Shown here piece after piece: positions 34,902 to 50,511 of a stretch of DNA of 64,000 nt. The notes beneath the pieces were generated by a model that saw only the letters and a list, made by a program, of their open reading frames with translations, was not told the origin of the DNA and searched no databases. How positions within the stretch are numbered: the stretch's first letter is position 1; each line of letters begins with the position of its first letter. The stretch spans positions 62,124,001 to 62,188,000 of the forward strand of contig OX597830.1 of assembly GCA_951406725.2 (NCBI GenBank), in the 5' to 3' direction. Origin of the DNA: Octopus vulgaris (lineage: Eukaryota). The position numbers were made by a program, and so were the translations under genes.

Positions 34902-35997
34902 AATGATGTGCAATATCTTTAATCAGATGCCTAGAGTTATGTTGAGGTCTTTCTTTAACCCGCCACCATCTTTTATCTTTGACTTGTTACAGTTATTAGA
35001 CTGCGGCCATGCTGGGGCATCGTCGTGAAGATGTTTTTATGCAAATTAATTGACCACAGTACTTTTTTTTAACCCGTTACTGATTTTGTCCGTCTCTTTT
35101 GCCAAACCGTTGAGTCATGGGTACATAAACACACCAACACCAGTTGCCAAGCGGGGGCGGGACGGACACACACACAATATTTGTTTTTATGTTGAGTTAT
35201 AATTCATTCTACTAAACGTAGAAGGCCTGGAGTTTAGAGGCAAGGGACTAATCGATAACATCGACCCCAATGCGTAACTGGTATTTATTTTATCTATCCC
35301 CAAAGGATGAAAGGCTAATTCGACCTCGGTGGAATTTGAACTCAGAACGTAAAGACAGACGAAATACCTCTCAACATTTCGCCCGGCGTGCTAATGTTTC
35401 AGCCAACGCGCAGCCTTAATGGCAACTTATAATCTTTTCTACTCTAAGCACAAGGTCCGAAATTTTGGAGGAGGGGACCAGGCGATTAGATCGACCTTAG
35501 TATGCAACTGGTACTTAATTTATCGACCCCGAAAGAATGAAAGGCAAAGTCGACCTCTGCGGAATTTGAACTCAGAACGTAGCGGCAGACGAAATACCTA
35601 TTTCTTTACTACCCACAAGGGGCTAAACACAGATGAGACAAACGGATTAAGTCGATTATAATTGGTACTTAATTTATCGACCCCGAAAGGATGAAAGGTA
35701 AAGTCGACCTCGGTGGAATTTGAACTCAGAGCGTAACGGCAGACGAAATACGACTACGCATTTCGCCCGGCGTGCTAACATTTCTGCCAGCTCGCCGCCT
35801 TGATGGCGACTTGTAACAAAAATGATTTTACATTAAACATTCAGTTTAATGTAAAATGAAGATTACTTTTTGTAGAGAACATATTTATTATACTTTTAGA
35901 AGAGAAGCGATAGTGACTTCGAAGTTTCAGCCTGGTTGTCCAATGAAAGCAAGCAGCTCAAAGCTTCGAAGTCACTGTCACCACTATTCTTGTAAAA

Positions 35998-36057
<60 letters not shown>

Positions 36058-38169
36058 TGTGATCACGTGACCGACCAGTCCATCAGATGTAGTTACACAT
36101 CGCTGGTCACAATGCGTTCGCATTGTTTTAGCCTTCGAATGACGCCACCCCGCTGGCTAAGCGAGCAGGCCAATATATATATATATATATATATATACAC
36201 GACGGGTTTCCACAGTTTACATCGACCAAATTCACTCTCAAGGCATTGTGATGTCCAAGGGCTACAATAGAAGTCACTTGCCCAAAGTGCCACGCAATGG
36301 CACTGAACCCGAAAACATTCGTTTGCAAAGCAATCTTCTTAAGCAGGTTAACAAACGTCCAGTTTTCTTTTTCGTCTTTTTTTTTTCTTTTTTCCCTTTA
36401 TATAAAACTGTCTTTGTGTCACTGGTTTCATTATTTGTTTTATATCACGGTTGAGCGATAATTCTAACATAGTGTCTTTTAATTTAGCCATGGGTGTCTT
36501 TGAATAGTTAAGGAAATTCTTTAGTAACGGAATCGTCTTTTACTGTTGAGAGGGAATGATGACGTAGTTTATTTTAGTCAAACCAAATGGTGAAACGATT
36601 TCGAGGTCTAATAAATGGTTTCTAGTCATAGGTCTGACAATAAATATTCTCTGAATATGGGGAATCAAGCGAATTTTGAGTGGGTTTTGAATAAATATGA
36701 CTCGAGTGGGACCTGAATAAATTTAATTCGGGTGGAACCTCAATAATAGGACCTGAGTGGGATTGAATAATTTTAACTCGAATGGATTAATGGCCAAAGC
36801 ATTTTCTTAGGTTTGTCTTAAACGTCCGTGTTTGTTTTAAGACTGTTAGCCCTTGTTTCGTACGTTCTTAGTAATGCAAAGTTTTCCGTTCATAAGTCCC
36901 AAGTTACTCAGGTGCTTGAAGCAAAAATTGAGAATCTATATCAGATACGATGCACAAAAACCAAGGAAATATGTCCTGTGTGTATTACATATGAGACACA
37001 GGACAAGCAAAGTATTAAGCAACAAGGTAAGGTACATGTTGGACCGCTGACCTCTACAAGCTTTCTTCATTCTCTCTCTCTCTGTTTATTTTCTCTTATT
37101 CCTTTCTGTTGAAGAGCGTAGGCTCGAAACGTAAAAGACTTTTTTCATTTTCCCGAGCGTCAAACTAATACACTTGCTTTCTGGTCATTCACCTGCCTTC
37201 GTCTTTTGCTTTTCTATAAATTTCAACTAAAGTACATAACACTAATGCAGTCTTTGATACACTATATCTAAAAAAAAAAATGATCATGTTGGACCACCTT
37301 TGATTATTGGTTCGTGTGGTCATGCTGGTCTACGGTTATCCCTTTGCCTGTCAAAAATATTTTCATAAGTTTGTCCTGAAACGTCCATGCTTGTTTTCAG
37401 ACTTTTAGTCTAGCCCCTGTATCATTCGTTCTGAATAGTGCAAACCTTTCCTTTCATAAATCCCAATAAACACTGATGGGTAAAAAATAAACTGAGAATG
37501 TGTATCCTGTATGATGCATGAAACTAAGGAAATATGTCCTGTCTATCACAAGTGATACGCAGGACAGGTAAAGGATTAAGTTAAATGAATATTCATTATC
37601 TTCATCGTGACTAATAGATATACCTCATCCACGTATCTTGCTTGCTGTTCAACAAGTTCATACGTCTTACGCTATTTCTATCAACTAACGATCATGTTGA
37701 ATGACTGCAGTACACAATTTTATTCTCACGGTGTGATTTGGTTTCCCGATAAATTGATCTACTGTTGCACTATCGGTAACATACTTATCAAAATACCATA
37801 TATATATATATTTTTACACCTTTTTTTTTTTTGACATAAAATATAATCAAGTAGCGATTTTTTAAAAGATTTTTTCTTTTTCTCTCTTTTTTTTTCTGAG
37901 ATTAAATCGTCTGGAACATATTACTCTCATAAATCAAATAATTTTCTGGGATGAAATAAAACGTTTGTAAATTTATTTGCATTCGCATAAATTTGTTCAT
38001 CGTCATAAAAGGTATGATACACATCAAAAAAGCCCCACCCCACCCCACCCCCACCTCACTCTCGTCGCTTTCCTACAAACCATCTTTTACAGTAAGCTCA
38101 AAGTACATTTCTAAAGCAAAGAGTTAATTATGTTACGTTGTAATTGGTAAAGTTGTGGTGGTGAGTTGT

Positions 38170-38555
38170 GGAGGCGCAATGGCCCAGTGGTTAGGGCAGC
38201 GGACTCGCGGTCATAGGATCGCGGTTTCGATTCCCAGACCGGGCGTTGTGAGTGTTTATTGGGCGAAAACACCTAAAAGCTCCACGAGGCTCCGGCAGGG
38301 GATGGTGGTGATCCCTGCTGTACTCTTTCACCACAACTTTCTCTCACTCTTACTTCCTGTTTCTGTTGTACCTGTATTTCAAAGGAGCCGGCCTTGTCAC
38401 TCTCTGTGTCACGCTGAATATCCCCGAGAACTACGTTAAGGGTACACGTGTCTGTGGAGTGCTCAGCCACTTACACGTTAATTTCACGAGCAGGCTGTTC
38501 CGTTGATTCGGATCAACCGGAACCCTCATCGTCGTAACTGACGGAGTGCTTCCAG
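38170..38555 (+). mobile_element. tRNA-derived SINE (OR-like family); other copies at 39480-39860 and 57322-57703
   Basis: Head GGCGCAATGGCCCAGTGG (A box)...GGTTTCGATTCCC (B box); the 57322 copy has a 13-bp near-perfect TSD TATAGCT(G/A)CCTTC. Confidence 0.8.
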
Positions 38556-39277
38556 TGTGGTGGTGAGTGCTGAGAGTGGTGGACCATACCATTATCATAA
38601 ACCCAATAATCTGGTTGTTCAAAATCTAACAAAGTGAAGTGTTTATCCAAAAACGAAACCATAATTGCAAAAGGCCCCTGAAAGCCTTCTTCAACCAACT
38701 TAACTAAAATTCTTTCATTGAAGTATATTTAAATATTCTTTTCTACTCTAGGCACAAGGCCCGAAATTTTTTGGGAGGTGGGGGCAGTCGATTAGATCGA
38801 CCCCAGTACGCAATTGATACTTAATTTACCTACTCCGAAAGGTTGAAAGGCTAAGTCGACCTCGGCGGAATTTGAACTCAGAGCATAAAGACAGACGAAA
38901 TACTGCTAAGCATTTCACCCGGGGTGCTAACCACTCTGCCAGCTCGCCGCCTTTGTATATTTAAATATTATTAAGCCTCTGTACGAGTTAAATAATAATA
39001 GTAACATAGACACCTTCCTTCTATACTACTGGGGTGCTGAAAAAGAGGTAGAGAATCTCCTGCTGGACCGTTCCACGGTTTGTTAACAGCTCCTCAGAGA
39101 AGTTTATCTAGCTTCCTTTCCCAATCAATAGTATAGATCAATTGATTGATTTATATATCTAATAATCTGTGCTATTGGTTTCAGGAAAGAAACTGATTTC
39201 GTCTTCTCTGAGGAGCTGTAAAGAAACCGTGAAACGATACGTCACCCGCTTTTCCACACATCAGTAGGATGAAAGGC

Positions 39278-39477
<200 letters not shown>

Positions 39478-39860
39478 GCGAAGGCGCAATTGCCCAGTGG
39501 TTAGGGCAGTGGACTCGCGGTTATAAGATCGCAGTTTCGATTCCCAGACCGAGCATTGTGAGTATTTATTGAGTGAAAGCACCTGAAGATCTTCGTGGCT
39601 CCGGCAGTGGATGGTGGCGAACCCTGCTGTACCCTTTCACCACAACTTTCTCTCACTCTTACTTCCTGTTTCTGCTGTACCTGTATTTCAAAGGGCCGGC
39701 CTTGTCGCACTTTGTGTCACGTTGAATCTCCCCGAGAAATACATTAAGGGTACACGTGTCTGTGGAGTGCTCAGCCACTTACGCGTTAATTTCACGAGAA
39801 GGCTGTTCTGTTGATTGGATCAACTGGAACCCACGTCGTCGAAACCGACAGAGTGCCACG

Positions 39861-39925
<65 letters not shown>

Positions 39926-40239
39926 CAAGCAGAGAGATACCCGCCCTTGCTCGGGATTAAAATGGCATAGTTTTTTGTTGTTTCACTGGCTTCAGTCATG
40001 TGACTGTGGCCATGCTGGGGCACCGCCGTTGGTCGAACAAATCAACCACAGAATTTATTCTTTGTAAGCCTAGTTCTTCTTCTATCAGTGTCTTTTGCGG
40101 AACCGCCAAGTTATGGGTACGTAAATCCATTAAGATGCCTGTCATGTCTACAAGAGATGTGGGTTCGTGTCCCACAGACAGTCATCAACAATTTCTACCC
40201 CAAAAAGGTTTTTCAACTGTATCTTTCTTTTCTTTTTCT

Positions 40240-40439
40240 TGTTTTTACTTGTTTCAGTCATTTTGACTGCGGCCATGCTGGAGCACCACCTTTAATCGAG
40301 CAACTCGACCCCGGGACTTATTCTTTGTAAGCCCAGTACTTATTCTATCGGTCTCTTTTTGCCGAACCGCTAAGTTACGGGGACATAAACACACCAGCAT
40401 CAGTTGTCAAGCAATGCTAGGGGGACAAACACAGACACA

Positions 40440-40484
<45 letters not shown>

Positions 40485-40682
40485 ACACACACACACATAT
40501 ATATATATATACATATACACGACGGGATTCTTTCAGTTTCCGTCTACCAAATCCACTCACAAGGCTTTGGTCGGCCCGGGGCTATAGTAGAAGACACTTG
40601 CCCAAGGTGCCACGCATTGGGACTGAACCCGGAACCATGTGGTTGGTAAGCAAGCTACTTACCACACAACCACTCCTGCGCC
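40240..40682 (-). mobile_element. tRNA-derived SINE (OK-like, with internal microsatellite); copies at ~11580-11982, 13700-14040, 41817-42192(+), 47200-47598, 49625-50008 and 58150-58550
   Basis: Head GGCGCAGGAGTGG(C/T)TGTGTGGTAAG...GGTTCAGTCCC, CORE-like CCTTGGGCAAGTG, shared 3' tail; many copies in window. Confidence 0.8.
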
Positions 40683-40712
40683 TATGTATATTTATATGCT
40701 GTTATTTATAGC

Positions 40713-40770
<58 letters not shown>

Positions 40771-41114
40771 AGAGAGAGAGATAAGAATAGCGACGAGAGG
40801 TGTGTGTGAGTGTGTGTCCCGCTAGAAGGAGGTGACGGCCGCCATGCTGATTTGATACGTGGTACGAAGTCAACAAATGTACCCTGAATAACCCCAAGGG
40901 GGATAGGTGGCATTTCAATTCCAGTACACACATACACACAAACAAACTCTCCATCTCTCCCCTCCAAAATGAATTATTTTACTTCCCAAAATTATTATCA
41001 TGACATCATAGTTACAACAACGCCCGTAACAGGATATGCACAATGGCGGCGATGATTTGAATCTAATGCGGGATATCCTACACTAGGATAGAGAACAGCA
41101 CCAAAGATGGGATC

Positions 41115-41185
<71 letters not shown>

Positions 41186-41470
41186 GTTGTTAAAGGAATT
41201 GATAAACATGTGTAAGGGAAAGGGGTTAGCGTACAGCAGTGGCCTTTTTGGGAACAAAACAAGGTCATTTCGTCTATTTATTGCATCTAATTGATAATGG
41301 TTCCGAGAAATGGTAACGTGATGATGCTGATGCTGATGTTGCTGCTGCTGATGGTGGTGGTGGTGGTGTTGGTGGTGGGGAACGTGGTAACGGTGGTTAA
41401 TTGCAGTGGCATTGATTCATTGGTTTGGACTTAGAACTTAAAGAATTCGAATAAATGTGCGTACGCATGT

Positions 41471-41567
<97 letters not shown>

Positions 41568-41586
41568 GTATGTAATGTATTTACAA

Positions 41587-41622
<36 letters not shown>

Positions 41623-42656
41623 CATTACATATATACACACATTATATTTGTAAATACATTACATACATACATACATATACATACATCATCATCATCATCA
41701 CGGACGCTAAACGATGATGAGAATGATGTATGTATATGTATGTATGTAATGTATTTACAAATATGTGTGTATATATGTAATGTATTTACAAAATTTACAA
41801 ATATATATATATCATAGACGCAGGAGTGGCTGTCTGGTAAGTAGCCTGCTTACCAACCACATGGTTTCAGGTTCATTCCCACTGCGTGGCACCTTGGGCA
41901 AGTGTCTTCTACAATAGCCTAGGGCCGACCAAAGCCTAGTGAGTGGATTTGGTAGACGGAAATTGAAAGAAGCCCGTCGTATATATGTATATATATATGT
42001 GTTTGTCCCCACCAACATCGCTTGACAGCCGATGCTGGTGTGTTTACGTGCCCGTAACCTAGCAGTTCGGCAAAAAGAGACCGATAGAATAAGTACTAGG
42101 CTTACAAAGAATAAGTCTGGGGTCGATTTCGTCGACTAAAGGCGGTACTCCAGCATGGCGGTAATCAAATCACTGAAACAAGTAAAAGAGTAAAGATATA
42201 TATATATATATATATATATCCAGCATAGCCACAGCCTTAGGCTGAGACATATAAAAGAATGAAAGTATACGGAGAGAGGGAGAGAGAGAGAGAGGGAGAT
42301 GTGGACAGAAGAACGGAAGAATTTGAAATGAAAGACTAGCACAAACGTATAAAGACAGATTAAAGAGAGAGGAGAAAATACAACTGGATGAAAAAGGTTT
42401 TAATTATATGTCAGTAATTAACTCAGATAATCTAATTACCATTGTCAGTAATTAAAAGAGAAAAGCCACCCATTTTTATAGCTGATATTAAAATATTTAA
42501 TGATGAAATTCAAAATTTTTAATTGAAATTTGTTATCTTGAAAAGTAACTGTAAACAGATGCTGGTTTAAATTAATATCAGAGAGTAATTACTTTTGAAG
42601 ATAATGGAGTGTATATACGTGCGGGAGGAGGGTGGGTGAGTGGATGCATTTTATGC

Positions 42657-42716
<60 letters not shown>

Positions 42717-42756
42717 GGAGACTGACAGAGAGGGAAATAGACAAATATGTATACAT

Positions 42757-42860
<104 letters not shown>

Positions 42861-42863
42861 TAT

Positions 42864-43150
42864 AATATTCATTAGAGACAAAACCACTATTATGCAAATC
42901 AAACAAAGAAAGACTTAATCCAATACATAAAAATTTTTATATAAATTAAATTAAATTAAATTCGCCACTACAATTGTTTCGTGTCTCTTCTAAGGACATT
43001 CATCAGGTGGTATTCAGATCTTCTATTCAATTTTAAGTTATGAAGTCATTTTAATTTTATTTAATTTATTTATTTATATAAAATTTTTTATGTATTGGAT
43101 TAAGTCTTTCTTTGATTTGATTTATAATAGTGGTTTTGTCTCTAATTAAT
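42864..43150. mobile_element. Penelope-like relic with long inverted arms around the hammerhead
   Basis: ~95-bp imperfect inverted repeat (ttagagacaaaaccactattat...aagaaagacttaatccaatacataaaaa / ...tatgtattggattaagtctttctt...ataatagtggttttgtctctaa). Confidence 0.55.
42965..43010 (-). ncRNA. Type I hammerhead ribozyme motif (Penelope-like element type)
   Basis: - strand: CCAC CTGATGA ATGTC cttagaaga GACAC GAAA CAATTG TA GTGG. Stem I CCAC/GTGG, intact core, stem II TGTC/GACA, palindromic stem III ACAATTGT, GUA cleavage triplet. Confidence 0.75.
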
Positions 43151-43235
43151 ATTATATAATATTTTACTATAAAATTGGATTCAGTCCTAAATCTGATTTT
43201 TCCCTGTAAATTTGGATTTATTCCCTAATATTTAT

Positions 43236-43373
<138 letters not shown>

Positions 43374-44287
43374 TGCCTGCTCGAGGAATTTTACCTTTTC
43401 CCGCTTTATTTCTAGCCCCAAATGGCTTTTTATCATTATTTTTTTTTTTTTTATATCTAGCACTATGTCTTTCTCCATTTCTAAGTCAAAGGTAAAAGTA
43501 AAGCAACCCTGCAAAACCGACCTTTATGCACAGATGCACAGAATAACAGCAATCAAATAACGACATCGGAGTGCACAATAAACATCAGTGATCTGATTGT
43601 TGCCTGTACTCTCGACAAGAGACGACAGTTAGTCTTTTACACCTACCACGCTCGTCAGTATCAGCCCGAACTGCTGGATAATTTTTCGTTTCATTAAGAA
43701 CATTGTAGAATGGAAACTTTTCCTAGATTGGAATTTAAATCCCTTTCTCTAAAGAAATTTATTGTTTCAAGAAAACATTGAATTTGGATTACTTTTTATT
43801 TTTACAATCATAGAAAACAACTCGGCCTGTAACTTCTGAGCCCGAGTCAGGCACGTGTGTACGATGTCGAGAGAACGTCTGCTACGAATGACAGGCCTAT
43901 TTTCCTATGTCAGTGTCGACGAATTTTTCCTTGTTATGCCGTAGCAGCAGGTACAAGATAAAACCAAAAAATACTGATGAAACGTAAAATAGCACCGAAA
44001 TGAGCATCTGGCATTCCCGCCAAGACTGCAGGGCGATTTTCGTCTGCTACCAATATAATTTTGCGTTACTTAATACGTCATTTACGAACGAATGCCGCAG
44101 ATAGTTCGGCTTTTTCGTGATGCACTTACATTAAGCATTATAAACTGGTAAGTGTTTTTAATCTATTACTGCTTTTGTTACATACAACGAATATATAAGT
44201 ACATATACATACATACATACAAATATATATATATTTAATATGTGTGTGTGTATACATACATATATATATATGTATGTATAAATATAC

Positions 44288-44413
<126 letters not shown>

Positions 44414-45306
44414 ATGTATATATATACACACGCACGTGCGTGTGTGTGTGTGAAGGGCCGATGGTCAAGGCTGGAATGTCTTTGATTAAAGAGATGCCCT
44501 GCGGCTAACAACTTAACACACACACACACTCACACATCTCCATATATATATATATACATACATATATACATACACACATATATGTATATATATATATATA
44601 TGTACATACACACATATATGTATATATATATATATATACATACATACATACATATACATAAGTATTATGCTTTCAGCTTGGTGTCGTAACTACTAGTATT
44701 TTCTTTAAGTATCCCAAATGCGTGACCTAAAACATTTTTTTTTTCTAGGGTGGGAGACCTTTATGTAGCTGAGGTTGGTGGATTAACGTTGACAGATCAG
44801 CCAGTCTCCCAGGAAATTGTTGTTTAAAGTAGACAAAACACAAGACAGAGAGGACGAAGGAAAGAAACAGCCGACAACGAGAAGCCATATCGTGGGAAAG
44901 ATTTTCTTCGACTTAACATCTTTTCTTTCCTTTTCTCTCTCAAAGCTAAAAAAAAACTATTTATTCTTTCTTTACTACGATGAATATAGTCACACTGAAG
45001 AGGCAGATAGGGAGATCGACAGATAGAGGGATAGGTAGAGAGACACATGGGGGATCGACAGAGATACAGAGATAGATTCAGAGGCAATTATATGTATATA
45101 AATATATACATATATATATGTATAGAGAGAGAAAGAAAGAGAGAGAGAGGGAGAGAGAGTGTATGAAAGGAATCAGAGGGACAGAGAAATACGACGTAAA
45201 TGAATAGCATATGTATGTATGTTTTTGTGTGTGTTTGCGTGTGCGAGTGTGTGCGGGCGTGCGCGTATGCATTTACACGCACACACACACATAATATATA
45301 ATATAA

Positions 45307-45682
45307 TCTCTATATATATAAACGGCAAAATGTCTGTGTGTGTGTGTGTGTGTGTCCTTTATACAAATCCACAATTTTTCAGTTAGAGGGCTCGCACTTT
45401 CTATGGTCATTCAAAACCGTCCAAGGGTGGTCGTGCACATCTTTACATTTCCCCAGTCACCCCGCGAAGCCATTAAAAAAATCAATAGAAGTTACTTTTT
45501 TCGTGAATTTTCTATCCAAAACCCAATCAAAATGCCCTAAACTTGATATGCCAATTGAATGCCAGCAAGCTGTATGTGACTGGTCAGAGATTTGGACAGT
45601 ACTCGCGTGTATGTGCGCACGCACGCAGCTGTATATGCATGCACTACCACTATGACCCGGCGTTGCTGAGTCATAGTGCTAG
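45307..45682 (+). mobile_element. Non-autonomous Helitron-like element
   Basis: A|TC start, subterminal hairpin tgacccggc/gctgagtca, CTAG|T end; near-identical copy at ~12930-13288. Confidence 0.75.
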
Positions 45683-45695
45683 TATATATATATAC

Positions 45696-45745
<50 letters not shown>

Positions 45746-45911
45746 TATATTTGTGTGCTCGAAATGAGGAGTAGATAGACGGCCGACAACTGATGAAGAG
45801 TCGTTCTCTGCGTTATTTGTCCTGTTTTCCATGTTTTCTCTCGTTGTTTGTGTATTTAACTCGCTTGTATCCGTACTTCATGTTGTTTACACAGTTGCTA
45901 ACGTCCTGTAC

Positions 45912-46049
<138 letters not shown>

Positions 46050-46159
46050 CATACATATACACTTCATCATAGTATCGCGGGGGTGGCACACACGAACATA
46101 TATATATATATATATATATTATATTCTGTGTTCCAATTCCATATATATATACACACACA

Positions 46160-46194
<35 letters not shown>

Positions 46195-46228
46195 TCATAA
46201 GTATATAATTCCATAAGGTATTTTTCGA

Positions 46229-46300
<72 letters not shown>

Positions 46301-46379
46301 CTGCTTGGAATCGAACTCGGAATCTTGGGGTTAGTAGTCCGCGCTCTTAACCACTACGCCATATGCCCTTGGGCATATG

Positions 46380-46780
46380 TCCCAAAATGCTACTGGCCTC
46401 TCCACCATCTCACTGACCCAATCTTTTCTCTGCTTGATATTGGCTGCTCTGCCATAGTAACCAAGTTCGTGGAGATACCCGACAGCTGTTCTGGGACTGA
46501 CAACCACTTGTTCTGCTACGTCAGAGGCCTTACAACAAGGATTATCTTCCACACTTCTCTTAACAAAGCGAAGGGTCCTGTCAGAGGACCCTGGTTGATC
46601 TCTGCGAGGTGATGCGGACTCCTTCCGCTCTCTAGTGAATTGCACAATCACCCTGTTAACTATAGAAAGCGAGATCCCAAGGTTTCATACGATTTTACGC
46701 TGACCATGTCCACCTTCAGAATGATTTCCGAGGTTTGTTTTGTACATGGCGTAATTAAACGATCACACATAGAAGATGAA
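46380..46780 (-). pseudogene. Tc1-like transposase fragment
   Basis: SDRTLRFVKRSVEDNP...VSPRTAVGYLHELGYYGRAA remnant typical of the Tc1 HTH region. Confidence 0.55.
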
Positions 46781-46890
46781 ACGTAGAAATGTCAAATAGT
46801 AAAGAATGTATACCTTTACACGATAGAATAAACATAAAACGATGTTTTATGGGGTGTCTATTTACTTCTGTGATGTCTTTGTATATGTGT

Positions 46891-46973
<83 letters not shown>

Positions 46974-48229
46974 CCTAAATTTTGAAATTGGTGACTAAAA
47001 TTTTTTCATAAAATAAAGTTTTTATCAAAATAATAATAACGAGCTTATTCTATACTGTACTGAAGCCGTCGAAAAACTTTATAAGAGGAGACAAAAAGCA
47101 TAAGAACAACGTTTCCGAAAGTTATGGGTGTTGCATAGCTTTTTGTTTTATTGTCTGTTTTTTTTTTTTATTTCGTACGTGTATCGATGATAGGTCTTTT
47201 ATCTTTTACTCTTTTACTCGTTTCAGTCATTTGACTGCGGCCATGCTGGAGCACCGCCTTTAATCGAGCAACTCGACCTCTGGACTTATTCTTTTGTAAG
47301 CCCAGTACTTATTCTATCGGTCTCTTTTTGCCGAACCGCTAAGTGACGGGGACGTAAACACACCAGCATCGGTTGTCAAGCAATGCTAGGGGGACAAACA
47401 CAGACACACAAACATATACACACTTATATATATATACATATATACGACAGGCTTCTTTCAGTTTCCGTCTACCAAATCCACTCACAAGGCATTGGTCGGC
47501 CCGGGACTATAGCAGAAGACACTTGCCCAAGATGCCACGCAGTGGGACTGAACTCGGAACCATGTGGTTGGTAAGCAAGCTACTTACCACACAGCCACGA
47601 TATCAAATATTAAATTTAAGATATCAAATTTAAAATCGTCCTGTCTCGCAGAAACGCAGGATATTTCCACGGAGCCGTGGCTGTGTCTCGCGACCCTATT
47701 TCAAGGCATTGTTACTGCTGTTATGCAGTGAGAATTTTTAAAGGAGTGAAATCGCCATTCATGGGGGGGGGGGTGTGCGCGCGCGCGCGTGTGTGCGTAC
47801 GTATGTATGTTTTTGTGTGTGAGTGTGTATGAATGCGTGTGTGTAATGTGAATGTGAGTGTATAGCGTGTGTGTGGTGTAGCGTGTGAAAGTGTAATATG
47901 CGGTGTGTGTGCGTGTGTGTGTAAGAGAGAATATGTATGTGAAAGAGAGCGTGTGTGTGTATGTATGCATGAGAATGTAATGTGCGTGCGGCGTGTGTGT
48001 GTATGTGCGTGTGTTTGTGTGTATTTGCGTGCGTGTGTGTGTGCGTGTGTGTGTTTGTGTGTGTAGTGTGGTATTATTTAGACAATGTAAGACAGATTTG
48101 CGTGAGAGAGAGATAGGTTAAATATTAGGATGTGAATGATAGGGGGAGGGAGAGAGAGAGATCGACAGGGAAGAGGAGTAGAGAAATAGAGAGAGGAGAA
48201 GCGGGAAGATATTGGAGACAGAAGAGGCA

Positions 48230-48235
48230 GAAAGA

Positions 48236-48297
<62 letters not shown>

Positions 48298-48301
48298 AGG
48301 A

Positions 48302-48332
<31 letters not shown>

Positions 48333-48980
48333 GAAAGAAGAAAAAAAAGGAAAGATAGAAAGTGACGGAGTAAGTGGAGAGATCAAAAATCGATTTCGTG
48401 AAAAACAAAATCGCGAATAATTAGAACTCTTTAGTGAAGGAGGGAGAAAAATAAAGGAACAATGAGGAAGATATCTACCAAGAATAGTGAGTGGTGGTGG
48501 GGTGGTAGTGGTGGATGAGGTGGTGGTGGTGGCGACGGCAGCGGTGGTGTTGAAGGTGGTGGAGGTGTTGGTGGTCGTGGTAGTGGTGGTTGTCGTAGTG
48601 ATAGTAGTTGTGGTGGTGGTGGGGGGCGATGGTGGGAGAGGAGTTTTCTTAGTAGAGGTGATGGTATTTGTTGCGGTACTGTTAGTGATTATGATGATGA
48701 TGATGATGAAGTTGGTGGTTGACGTTATGGTGGCAGAAGGTGGTGGGGGAGATTACCACGATGGTAGTGGCGGTGGTTGTGGTGATGATGATGATGATGA
48801 TGTTTATGGTAGCGGCTTGTCGTCGCCGTCGTCGCCATCTTGGTCGTCACCATCGTCGTCGTCATCGTAGTGTTAGTAGTGGTGGTGAGGATGGGGGCGG
48901 CTGTGGTGACGAGGGTGATAACGACAGCAGTTCTAGTCATAGTGGGATGGTGGTGATGGCGATGGTGGAGGTGGTGGTGT
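48230..48980. repeat. (GA)n/(GAAA)n followed by GGT/GAT low-complexity triplet repeats
   Basis: Directly visible; explains the poly-V/M/H/T ORFs. Confidence 0.85.
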
Positions 48981-49393
48981 GTAAACGTGTAAAATGTATC
49001 CATGTATCTGTGCCAACAGATTGCTGCCAAAGAGACAAAAAAAAAAGAAGAGAAAAGAAGAGGAAGAGAGAGAGAGAGAGCGACAAAGAGATAAAAGAAT
49101 ATAGAGAGAAAGAGAGAGAGAGAGATAGAGAGACAGAGAGAGAGAGAGAATGTGAGAGTTTACACTATCACAGAGAATACACATGCTGATGTTTCGATGT
49201 GTGTACGTGCGTATGAGCATTAGTGTGCTTATGCACAATACTGTACGTGTGTGTGTGTGCGCGTGAAAGATTAATCGATAAAGATGTTCTTTTAGTAATT
49301 TCACCGCACGACACATTCCTACTGTCATTGACCTCACGTGTATCTGACAACAACCAGACATGGAGCTGTGTGGGCGGTGCAGCGTACAAACGT

Positions 49394-49450
<57 letters not shown>

Positions 49451-49582
49451 TACATACATACATACATAAATATATTTATAAATGTGTATATATATATATA
49501 TGTATATATCTACGTATATTTATAAATGTATATATATATATATATATACATATATTTATAAATGTATATATATAAATGTATG

Positions 49583-49621
<39 letters not shown>

Positions 49622-50417
49622 ATTCTTTTATTTTACTTTTTTCAATCATTTGACTGCGGCCATGCTGGAGCACCGCCTTTAGTCGAACAAATCGACCACA
49701 GGACATATTCTTTGTAAGCCTAGTACTTGTTCTATCGGTCGCTTTTGCTGAACCGATAAGTTACGGAGATGTGAACACACCCACATCGGTTGTCAAGCGA
49801 TGTTGGGGTGGACAAACACAGACACACAAACATATACATATATACGTAAATACACGACGGGCTTCTTTCAGTTTCCGTCTACCAAATCCACTCACAAGGC
49901 TTTGGTCGGCCCGTGCTATACTAGAGGACACTTGCCCTTGCCCGAGGTGCCACGCAGGGGGACTGAACCCGGAACCATGGGGTTTGGAAGCAAGCTACTC
50001 ACCACACCTCTGTATGTGTGCATATGTATAGGTGTGTACGTGTGCTTGTCTATATGTGCATGTGTGTGTTTGAGTGTAAGTGTATGTGTGTGTATGCATA
50101 TGTCTGTGTACACGTGTATATTTCCACACACACAAACATATGCACAGGCGTGGCTGTGTAGTAAGAAGCTCGCTTCCCACTCACATGGTTCCGGGTTCAG
50201 TCCCACAGTGTGGTACCATGGGCAAGTGATAAGGCAAGGGCCTATACAGCTTGAACCTGTGACGTTGCAACTCATTTCTACAGCTGAGTGAACTGGAGCA
50301 ACGTGAAATAAAGTGTCTTGCTCAAGAACACAACACGCAGACCGGTCTGGGAATCGAACTCACAACCTCACGATCGTAAGCTCGACGCTCTAACCACTGA
50401 GTCATGCGCCCTCGCTC

Positions 50418-50511
<94 letters not shown>

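Noticed and set aside
38170-38245. tRNA-like sequences at SINE heads (also 39480, 57322, 50340-50410)
   Set aside because: They have A/B boxes but no proper cloverleaf and continue into SINE bodies; not tRNA genes.
48487-49463. Poly-Val/Met/His/Thr ORFs
   Set aside because: Low-complexity triplet repeats with no domain and no convincing splice context.
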